Shown here in pieces: positions 1 to 7,877 of a stretch of DNA of 64,000 nt; position 1 is the stretch's first letter, and every line of letters begins with the position of its first letter. The stretch lies in the NCBI GenBank assembly GCA_019313905.1, contig JAFDAI010000001.1:20275-84274 (forward strand), in the 5' to 3' direction. The stretch is from Deltaproteobacteria bacterium. Its GTDB lineage: Bacteria; Desulfobacterota; Syntrophia; Syntrophales; UBA2210. Made by a program: the position numbers and the translations under genes. The notes beneath the pieces were generated by a model that was given only the letters and a program-made list of their open reading frames with translations, made no database searches and had not been told where the DNA came from.

Positions 1-1191
1 TATTACATCGGTGATGTAATCAGGAATCCGAAAAAGCTTATCGCGAGAACCCCCGAAAAGTTTGAAGAAACGGGGATACGGGTGAGACTTAATACCCGCG
101 TTGAGGGCATTGAGGCCGACAGGGGTGAGGTTCTTCTGGCGGATGGCAAAAGGCTGTCATACGATGTCCTTGTCATGGGGACCGGAGCTGAGGCAGCCCT
201 GCCCGATATACCGGGCACGATGCAGGGGGGAGTCTTTACCCTGAAAAACCTGCGGGATGGCATTAACATCAGGGAATATATAAAGGATAACAGATGCCGC
301 AGGGCGGTGATAGTCGGGGCCGGTTTTATCGCCATGGAGATGAGCGAGGCCCTGAGGAATCTCGGCCTTGAGACCAGTATTGTGTACAGGGGCGAGCTTC
401 CCGTCAGAAAGTGGGACCCGGTATTTTCCGGGGTGGTGCTGGAGGAGCTTACGGAAAACGGGGTATCCTTTATCGCCCATAACTCTCCGGTTGCCGTTGA
501 GAAGGGCTCAGGGGGTCTATGCCTGGTTACCGGCGAGAGGAAAATAGAGACCGACATTATCATATTCGCCCTGGGCGTAAAGCCAAATACCCGGCTGGCG
601 CGTGAAGCGGGTCTTACGACAGGCGAATCCGGCGCCATCGGGGTGGATTCTTCACAGCATACATCACGCGAGGAGATATTTGCCGTGGGTGACTGCTGCG
701 AGTCATATAACCGGGTGAGCAAAAAATGGGCGCATATCCCTCTGGGGGATATGGCAAACAAACAGGGACGGGTAGCCGGTCGTAATATTGCCGGATATCC
801 CATGATATTCCCCGGGGTTGTGGGCGCCCAATCCTTTAAGATGTTTGACCTGGAAGTTGCCATGACCGGCCTTGATGAAAAGGGGGCGGAAAAGAGCGGA
901 TATTCTCCCGCGGGCAACATAATTTGGGGAAGTCCCGTGGCGCGTTCCATGAATAGAGGGCAGAAACTGGGTCTCAAGCTGATCGCGGACAGGGGTTCGG
1001 GAAAGCTGCTGGGCGCGCAGGCGGTGGGACAGAGCGGGGCGGTAAGCCGTATCAACATTCTGTCCGCGTGTCTGTGGTCCGGCATGGGGCTTGACGAGAT
1101 AGGATATATGGATCTCGCCTACAGTCCATCCTTTGGCGGGGCGTGGGATATGATTCATACAGCGGCACAGATTCTGGAGAAAAAATTGTGA
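1..1191 (+). CDS. FAD-dependent pyridine nucleotide-disulfide oxidoreductase (NADH oxidase / CoA-disulfide reductase family), 5' end outside window
   Basis: Frame 1 is open from nt 1 (YYIGDVIRNPKK...) into the listed ORF 82..1191. It carries an NAD Rossmann motif (VIVGAGFIAMEMSEAL), the FAD motif EIFAVGDC and a typical dimerisation-domain tail. Confidence 0.8.
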   Translation, partial: YYIGDVIRNPKKLIARTPEKFEETGIRVRLNTRVEGIEADRGEVLLADGKRLSYDVLVMGTGAEAALPDIPGTMQGGVFTLKNLRDGINIREYIKDNRCRRAVIVGAGFIAMEMSEALRNLGLETSIVYRGELPVRKWDPVFSGVVLEELTENGVSFIAHNSPVAVEKGSGGLCLVTGERKIETDIIIFALGVKPNTRLAREAGLTTGESGAIGVDSSQHTSREEIFAVGDCCESYNRVSKKWAHIPLGDMANKQGRVAGRNIAGYPMIFPGVVGAQSFKMFDLEVAMTGLDEKGAEKSGYSPAGNIIWGSPVARSMNRGQKLGLKLIADRGSGKLLGAQAVGQSGAVSRINILSACLWSGMGLDEIGYMDLAYSPSFGGAWDMIHTAAQILEKKL

Positions 1192-1207
1192 GGCTCCCCG
1201 GGTATAG

Positions 1208-2440
1208 ATGGAGAGAGCAGTGAGTTTTATATCCAAACCGGCGCTTGCCACACCGAAAAACAACAATTCCCGCCTGGCCTGGAGGATCGGAACAGCTACT
1301 TTATGCCGGCTTCTTCTGAACCTTGCCAGGCGTTTCCCCTATCCCTTCGCGCCCGCGCTTGGACGCGGCATGGGGGTTTCACTGGAGGCGGTCACTTCTC
1401 TGATCGCCGTTAATCAGATAACGGGCATCCTGAGTCCCCTGTTCGGACCTGTCGGAGATAAAAGAGGATACAGGCTTATGCTGCTGGCGGGGATGGGGCT
1501 GCTGGCGGGGGGAATGCTGGTTGCCGGTTTTCTGCCATTCTATGGCGTCGTGCTGGTTGCCCTGTTTATGGCAGGTCTCGGCAAGGCCATCTTTGATCCC
1601 GCAATACAGGCATATGTCGGACAACGCGTCCCCTTCCACAAGCGGGGACTGGTAATAGGGATCATGGAAACCGCCTGGGCGGGCAGTTCGTTGATAGGAA
1701 TCCCCGCCGCCGGCTTCATGATAGCGCACCTGGGATGGCGGTCACCGTTCTTCCTGCTGGGGGGACTGGGCCTGGCAGGGATGGTTGCTATCGCGATACT
1801 TATCCCCGGTGGCCGGCGCAAATCAGGAACTGCCGGCAAACAAACCGATTACTGGGCCGCGCTGCGGCAGTTGGGACAGGAAAAGGCCGCACTGAAGATG
1901 CTTGGTTTTGCGTTTTTTATCAGCGCCGCCAACGACAATTTCTTCGTTGTGTACGGAGCATGGCTGGAAAATGCCTTTAAGCTGGACATTGTAACCCTGG
2001 GAATGACGACAATTGTTATCGGTGTCGCTGAATTGTCGGGAGAGGGTCTGACGGCTTTCCTGGCCGACCGTCTGGGCCTGCGACGCTCTGTGATCATCGG
2101 GCTGTTCCTGTCGGGTGTAAGTTATATGGCGCTCCCATTGCTCGGAGATACTTTTTGTATGGCCATGGCGACTTTGTTTGTCGTTTTTATCGCCGTCGAG
2201 TTTTCCATCGTCTCTTTTCTCTCCCTTTGCACCGAGGTCCTGCCCGGCGCCCGTGCAACGATGATGTCCGGCGTCCTGGCGGCGGCCGGTCTGGGACGTG
2301 TGGCGGGAGCGCTGATCGGAGGCCCGGTATGGATGGCCGGGGGTATCTGGGCTGTCGGGTCTGTTTCGGCCTTTATCAGCGTCCTGGCAATGGCTTCTCT
2401 GTTGTGGGGATTAAATGGCTGGCTGCCTGAAAAATCTTGA
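1208..2440 (+). CDS. MFS transporter
   Basis: 410 aa and highly hydrophobic, with about 12 TM segments. MFS motif-A-like GPVGDKRGYR sits after the second hydrophobic segment. Confidence 0.8.
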   Translation: MERAVSFISKPALATPKNNNSRLAWRIGTATLCRLLLNLARRFPYPFAPALGRGMGVSLEAVTSLIAVNQITGILSPLFGPVGDKRGYRLMLLAGMGLLAGGMLVAGFLPFYGVVLVALFMAGLGKAIFDPAIQAYVGQRVPFHKRGLVIGIMETAWAGSSLIGIPAAGFMIAHLGWRSPFFLLGGLGLAGMVAIAILIPGGRRKSGTAGKQTDYWAALRQLGQEKAALKMLGFAFFISAANDNFFVVYGAWLENAFKLDIVTLGMTTIVIGVAELSGEGLTAFLADRLGLRRSVIIGLFLSGVSYMALPLLGDTFCMAMATLFVVFIAVEFSIVSFLSLCTEVLPGARATMMSGVLAAAGLGRVAGALIGGPVWMAGGIWAVGSVSAFISVLAMASLLWGLNGWLPEKS

Positions 2441-2465
2441 CAATGGCATGTAAATATTTTATTTT
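2437..2465 (+). promoter_or_regulatory. Candidate sigma70 promoter for the TAXI-TRAP operon
   Basis: TTGACA (2437-2442), 17-nt spacer, TATTTT (2460-2465). It overlaps the MFS stop codon. Confidence 0.35.
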
Positions 2466-2531
2466 CTAAAGAGTATGCGTTTTATTGAGAAAGAATATCA
2501 GGCAGTAAAACTATTTGAAAGGAGAGGCATT

Positions 2532-3557
2532 ATGTTTAAGAAGAGAAATCTTGTACTGTTTGTTGTGCTGATTGTGGCTTTGTCAATGGCCTTTATCAGC
2601 CCGGCGTTTGCGGCGAAGAAAAGTTTCTTTGCAATTGCCACAGGTGGCACGGGGGGCACTTACTATCCCCTGGGGGGGGTTCTGGCTCAGGCATTGTCCA
2701 ACAAACTCCCCAATGTTATTGTTACCGCCCAGTCGGGTAACGCGTCTGTCGCGAACTGTAACCTCATAAAGACACACCAGATCGAATCGGGGTTCGTGCA
2801 GAATAATGTTGCCTACGCGGCGTATAACGGGGTTGCGCAGTTTGATGGAAAACCCGTCAAAAACCTGAGGGCTATCGCCTCTCTCTACCCTGAGACAATC
2901 CAGATTATTGCCAGAGAGGGGGCAGGTATAAAGGGCGTGAAGGATCTGAAGGGAAAGAAACTGGTCCCTGGTGACAGAGGAAGTGGAACCGAAGTGGATT
3001 GTCAGGCTGTTCTTTCAGGTATCGGTCTTACCTATGATGATTTTGCCAATGTAGACTGGCTCAGCTTTTCCGGCGCCACCCAGAGGCTGAAAGACAGGCA
3101 GGCCGATGTGGCATTCATTACAGCAGGATGGCCCACGGCAGCCGTTACAGAGCTGGCCACAACATCAGATATCACACTTATTCCGCTGGATGATAAAACC
3201 ATAGCAACGATCATCAAGAAACATCCCTTTTACGCGAAGGTCGTTATCCCTGCAGGGACTTACAGGGGAGTGGATGTAGATATTCCCACCATCACCACGA
3301 TGGCTCAGTGGGTAGTTGATGCCGCCGTTCCGGAAGAGATGGTTTACAAGCTCACAAAGGCGCTGTGGGATAAGGGATCTTTTGTCCTGCGTAAAAAGGG
3401 CGGCAAGGCTGCCGCGGCTCCGAGCGGAGCTGAAATTATGGCGAAGGCCCATGCCAAGGGTAGAGATGTTACCATCGACACGGCGCTTGACGGCGTGGCG
3501 ATTCCCCTTCATCCGGGCGCAGCGAAATTTTACAGGGAGAAGGGTCTGATAAAATAG
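2532..3557 (+). CDS. TRAP transporter solute receptor, TAXI family
   Basis: GGAGAGG lies 4 nt upstream of ATG 2532. The protein has a signal peptide (MFKKRNLVLFVVLIVALSMAFISPAFA) and the TAXI signature ATGGTGGTYYPLGG. A DUF1850-like gene and a fused TRAP permease follow. Confidence 0.85.
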   Translation: MFKKRNLVLFVVLIVALSMAFISPAFAAKKSFFAIATGGTGGTYYPLGGVLAQALSNKLPNVIVTAQSGNASVANCNLIKTHQIESGFVQNNVAYAAYNGVAQFDGKPVKNLRAIASLYPETIQIIAREGAGIKGVKDLKGKKLVPGDRGSGTEVDCQAVLSGIGLTYDDFANVDWLSFSGATQRLKDRQADVAFITAGWPTAAVTELATTSDITLIPLDDKTIATIIKKHPFYAKVVIPAGTYRGVDVDIPTITTMAQWVVDAAVPEEMVYKLTKALWDKGSFVLRKKGGKAAAAPSGAEIMAKAHAKGRDVTIDTALDGVAIPLHPGAAKFYREKGLIK

Positions 3558-3615
3558 CAGGAGATTGATCTGTTAAGGAGGCATCCGGGCACCGGTTTTC
3601 CGGTGCCCGGCCTGT

Positions 3616-4116
3616 ATGGATAAGAAAAAAATAATTATTCTCTCTTCTATTGTCGCCCTCTTTTTCTTTTCTCTTATTCCCTGTCATATATTGCGAATAG
3701 AGGCGGCAAGGAAAAATCGAACTGTCTTCATCCAGATAATCCGGCCGGATTACAGATTTTCAACCAGGTATATTCATTCGGTTGAGCTGAGCCCTGTTCG
3801 GGAGTATTTCAAGATAGACAAAAACTTCAGAATCGTGCTTTATGAAACAACCTTCTCTTCCTGTAATACAGGCCTTCCAACCACCCTTTCCGGAGATGAA
3901 AAGTTCTACACTAATGGGGATCACATGCGTATCTCCGACATGCACAGGGTATTGCCGAAACTTGATCTGTGGGTCAATAAAAAATATGACAACACCCTGA
4001 CGCTGGAAAATGGAGAGATACTGAAACTCCCCTCTCTGGCAGGAGATACCCTCCTGAGGATAACAGTTGAAAAGCTGCCTGTTTTCAATCTGTTGTATCT
4101 GAAAGCAAGAATTTGA
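3616..4116 (+). CDS. DUF1850-like small membrane-anchored protein, typical companion of TAXI-TRAP systems
   Basis: 166 aa with an N-terminal TM helix. It sits between the TAXI receptor and the fused permease, and YIHSVELSPV resembles the DUF1850 core. Family assignment is from memory. Confidence 0.65.
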   Translation: MDKKKIIILSSIVALFFFSLIPCHILRIEAARKNRTVFIQIIRPDYRFSTRYIHSVELSPVREYFKIDKNFRIVLYETTFSSCNTGLPTTLSGDEKFYTNGDHMRISDMHRVLPKLDLWVNKKYDNTLTLENGEILKLPSLAGDTLLRITVEKLPVFNLLYLKARI

Positions 4117-4128
4117 GAGGCCTTTTAT

Positions 4129-6855
4129 ATGGAACTACAGGAAACAGTAACCATCTCTGAAAACATAGAAGAAATTGCCAAATACGATCCGGAGTTTCGA
4201 TTCCGCAAGCTCACAGGTATTACACTGAAGCTTGCCTTTTTTATGACGCAGGTTCTTTCGATATTTCATATCTATACGGCCGGCTTCGGCGTTTTTCAAG
4301 AGTGGAGACACAGGGCCTTTCATCTGGCCTTCGTCCTGCCACTTGTGTTTTTCCTTTATACGATAAGAAAAGATAAAACGGAATCCAGGAAACATCTTGT
4401 CTATGATACCATCTATGGCATTATCGGCGCCGCCATTACCGGCGCCATGTTTCGCGAAATCCTGGAACTTTCAGGATACGCCACACTTGTCCTATCGGCA
4501 GCCTCATTCCTGTTTATCATCTATTTCAAGCGCAGGGAGTTTCTGTCGAACAGACTTTTTATCTATATAGACTTCGTTGTGTTTTCCATAATGATAGTGG
4601 TGCTGGCCTACGGCGCGCGTCTCGGTTTTCAGTATATGCACCTTGGGGAAGCATTTGAAAATTCCGGCATATCTCTCTTCTTCTGGAGCGTTTTCCTGTT
4701 CGGTGTATTCTTCAGCATGATATTGCTCTTTGCCCTTCAGTGGGTCAGGGCACTGCTTGCCATGATAAAGAGCGCGAATTTCGGCTATGAACAAGACAAT
4801 ATCCCCTATTTTGATGTATTCCTTGCAATTCTCGCGTCTTTTATCTCTGTTTATATATTTCTGGAATTTAACAGTCTGGTTATACGCGCGGGGCTTCCCC
4901 TCAAGATGGATGTTGTTGTGGGCACCTTTGCCATTTTGCTGGTGCTGGAGGGGGCGCGACGCAGTATAGGGCCTCCCCTTCCTATTATTGCCTTCATTGT
5001 TCTGATAAACTGTTATCTGGGTCCCTATTTTCTTGATATTCCCGGGCTCAGTTTTTTCGCGCACAGAGGATATTCCATTGAGCGGATTATTGAGCACATG
5101 TATCTTGGCACGGAGGGTATATACGGTATTCCGCTCGGGGTTGTCGCCACTTTTGTGTTCCACTTTGTGCTGTTCGGAATCTTTATATCCAAAACAGGTC
5201 TGGGTCAGTTCTTTATGGATTGCGCGATGGCCATTGCCGGGTGGTCTGCCGGCGGTCCCGCCAAGGTTGCCGTTATAAGCAGTGGCTTCATGGGTTCTAT
5301 AAGCGGGAGTTCCATAGCGAATACCGTCACTACCGGGGCGTTTACGATTCCTCTCATGAAACGCGTCGGGTATTCCCCCCGGTTCGCCGGAGCCGTGGAG
5401 GCAGCTTCATCGACGGGTGGGCAACTGATGCCGCCTATTATGGGCGCTGCGGCATTCATCATGGCGGAATTCTTAGGCATACCATACATCAAGATTGCCG
5501 CGTGCGCGGTTGTCCCCGCCATACTTTATTTCTTTGCGGTGGGCACCATGGTGCATCTGGAGGCCAAAAAACAAGGACTTCTGGGGCTCCCTCGTGAGAC
5601 GCTGCCCCGCCTGTGGAAGGTAATAAAGGATGGGTGGCTGCTGCTGACACCCCTCGTCATTATTATATATCTCCTGATCTCGGGGAGCAGCCCGTTTCTG
5701 GCCGCCTTCTGGGGAATCTTTTTTTCCGTTGCCACAGGCCAGGTACACAGGAAGACATATCCTCTGCTGATCACTATCTTTCTGGCGATCCCATCTGTCC
5801 TGGTCAGGGCAAATCCCCTGGAACATCTTTCCCTCTTTTCGATCATATGGTTTGCCCTGCTTGCCGCCGGGGTTGTCTATGCCTTCAAAAAAACAGACAG
5901 GTCTTCCTGGCTTCCGGGTCTGCTGCCTGCCTCTGTTCTTGTGGTGTTGCTTGCATGGGGGCTGGAGCCATCCCTCTGCTCCTTCTGGGCAATAATAACA
6001 GTTATCGCGATAGGAGTCTGCTACAGGGAAAGCAAAATGAAAATACCGGATATAATGGAAACCCTGGAACTGGGAACAAAAAATGCCCTCGCCATCGGGG
6101 CCGCGTGTGCCTGTATAGGCTTTATTGTGGGGGCAACAACCCTTACCGGTCTGGGGCTCAAGTTTGCGGCCGCGGTTATTGAACTTGCCCATGTGATAAC
6201 GTCTATTGTTATGAACCTTGATATACTCCATCTCCTGAGCACAAACTCTGTCGCACTGTTCTTCACCCTCTTACTTACCGCCGTGGCATGTTTTATCCTC
6301 GGCATGGGGATTCCCACGACGGCCCAGTATATTATAGCGTCCATGATAGCCGCTCCGGCGCTTATGCAGTGGGGCATTCACCCTCTGGTATCTCACATGT
6401 TTGTGCTGTTTTATGCCGTTCTCGCGGATGTAACCCCCCCCGTCGCCCTTGCTGCCTACGCGGCGTCGGGAATTTCCGGCGCTAATCCGTTCAAGACGGG
6501 GTTTACCGCCTTCGGTCTGGCTTCCGCAGGGTTTATCGTTCCCTTTGTTATTGTGTCCGCTCCTATAATCCTCTGGCTGCCGCCGCTTCTCGATCCCGAA
6601 GCTTCATTTGACTACCTCAGATTTGCGCATATATTCATAACGCTGCTGATGGGTGTTGTGGCTCTTGGAGCTACCGTTATAGGATATTTCAGGAGTCATT
6701 CAACGCTTTTCGAAAGGGCGCTGACAGGTATCGCGGCATTGTTCCTCCTTTCCCCGGAGGTTTACAGTGATCTTACAGGAATAGTTATATTTGTATTCCT
6801 TTATATAGTCCAAGGCAGGAGAAATAAAAAAATAACTGAAGGAGAAACAAGATGA
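4129..6855 (+). CDS. TRAP transporter fused permease subunit (TAXI type, 4TM/12TM fusion)
   Basis: 908 aa polytopic membrane protein located directly after the TAXI receptor and DUF1850-like gene. Confidence 0.85.
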   Translation: MELQETVTISENIEEIAKYDPEFRFRKLTGITLKLAFFMTQVLSIFHIYTAGFGVFQEWRHRAFHLAFVLPLVFFLYTIRKDKTESRKHLVYDTIYGIIGAAITGAMFREILELSGYATLVLSAASFLFIIYFKRREFLSNRLFIYIDFVVFSIMIVVLAYGARLGFQYMHLGEAFENSGISLFFWSVFLFGVFFSMILLFALQWVRALLAMIKSANFGYEQDNIPYFDVFLAILASFISVYIFLEFNSLVIRAGLPLKMDVVVGTFAILLVLEGARRSIGPPLPIIAFIVLINCYLGPYFLDIPGLSFFAHRGYSIERIIEHMYLGTEGIYGIPLGVVATFVFHFVLFGIFISKTGLGQFFMDCAMAIAGWSAGGPAKVAVISSGFMGSISGSSIANTVTTGAFTIPLMKRVGYSPRFAGAVEAASSTGGQLMPPIMGAAAFIMAEFLGIPYIKIAACAVVPAILYFFAVGTMVHLEAKKQGLLGLPRETLPRLWKVIKDGWLLLTPLVIIIYLLISGSSPFLAAFWGIFFSVATGQVHRKTYPLLITIFLAIPSVLVRANPLEHLSLFSIIWFALLAAGVVYAFKKTDRSSWLPGLLPASVLVVLLAWGLEPSLCSFWAIITVIAIGVCYRESKMKIPDIMETLELGTKNALAIGAACACIGFIVGATTLTGLGLKFAAAVIELAHVITSIVMNLDILHLLSTNSVALFFTLLLTAVACFILGMGIPTTAQYIIASMIAAPALMQWGIHPLVSHMFVLFYAVLADVTPPVALAAYAASGISGANPFKTGFTAFGLASAGFIVPFVIVSAPIILWLPPLLDPEASFDYLRFAHIFITLLMGVVALGATVIGYFRSHSTLFERALTGIAALFLLSPEVYSDLTGIVIFVFLYIVQGRRNKKITEGETR

Positions 6856-7850
6856 GCGGTAAGGCAATACGGGTGGTGCAATATGGATTAGGGCCTATTG
6901 GAAGCGCTACGGCACGCCATATTATGGAACGGGAGGGAATGGAACTGGTCGGCGTGGTGGATATTGACCCGGCAAAAACAGGCAGGGATATCGGTGAGGT
7001 AATCGGCCTTGACAGCCCTATGGGATTCCCCGTGGTTAAAAACCTGTCCCTGGTGCTGGAAAGGACAGGGGCGGATGTGGCGCTTCACACAACAGGATCC
7101 TTCTTTGATCTTTTTGAATCTCAGATTGTGGAGATTCTGGAGGCCGGGCTTGATATTGTCTCAACATCCGAGGAACTTTCGTTCCCCTGGCTGGCCCACC
7201 CGGATGCCGCCGCCAGGATAGACGCCGCTGCCAGGCAGGCAGGTAAAACCGTATTGGGCACAGGCGTCAACCCCGGTTTTCTCATGGATTCTCTACCCCT
7301 TAACCTTACGGCTATCTGTCAGCGGGTGGACCGCATTGACGTGACGCGTCGCATGAATGCCTCATTGCGGCGCGGACCTTTCCAGGCAAAGATAGGTTCA
7401 GGGATGACGGTGGAAGGATTTAAGTCAAAAATGGAAACGGGGCGCATGGGACATGTTGGGCTTCCGGAATCTATGGGAATGGTTTTTCACACATTAGGCA
7501 GAAACATGGTAAAATATGAATCCAGTGTCGAGCCGGTAGTGGCCGATTCGCCGGTAAAGACCGATCATTTTGAGATACAACCCGGCCAGGTGAGAGGCCT
7601 TAAACAGGTAGCCCGTGGTTATACCGGTGAGGGCGAGTTTATAACCCTTACCTTCATAGCCGCCCTGGATGAAAAAGAGGATGGAGATACCATCCTGATT
7701 ACCGGGAAACCGGATCTGGAGGTCAGACTGAAGGGCACCAATGGCGACATCGCGACGGTAGCCATCGCGGTCAATGCCGTGCGCCGTGTATTTGAGGCGC
7801 TGCCCGGGCTGGTCACAATGCGTGACCTGCCCATAGTAACAATCTGGTAG
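6852..7850 (+). CDS. DapB-fold NAD(P)-dependent amine dehydrogenase-like protein (2,4-diaminopentanoate dehydrogenase / native AmDH family)
   Basis: N-terminal Rossmann motif RVVQYGLGPIGSATARHI, about 330 aa. Its ATG overlaps the permease stop (ATGA at 6852-6855). Family assignment is by overall sequence character, not by search. Confidence 0.65.
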   Translation: MSGKAIRVVQYGLGPIGSATARHIMEREGMELVGVVDIDPAKTGRDIGEVIGLDSPMGFPVVKNLSLVLERTGADVALHTTGSFFDLFESQIVEILEAGLDIVSTSEELSFPWLAHPDAAARIDAAARQAGKTVLGTGVNPGFLMDSLPLNLTAICQRVDRIDVTRRMNASLRRGPFQAKIGSGMTVEGFKSKMETGRMGHVGLPESMGMVFHTLGRNMVKYESSVEPVVADSPVKTDHFEIQPGQVRGLKQVARGYTGEGEFITLTFIAALDEKEDGDTILITGKPDLEVRLKGTNGDIATVAIAVNAVRRVFEALPGLVTMRDLPIVTIW

Positions 7851-7877
7851 GTAAAAATATCAGGTGAGGTGGTTCTT

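Noticed and set aside
3-1085. 360-aa minus-strand ORF covering the first kilobase
   Set aside because: It is antisense to a well-supported oxidoreductase CDS. Its composition is Pro/Ser/Arg-rich and low-complexity, with no motif. This is a typical shadow ORF.
4504-6231. Minus-strand ORFs 4504..5163 and 5473..6231 inside the TRAP permease gene
   Set aside because: They are antisense to a 908-aa membrane protein with a coherent hydrophobic pattern. Their translations are Arg/Gly/Pro-rich with no features.
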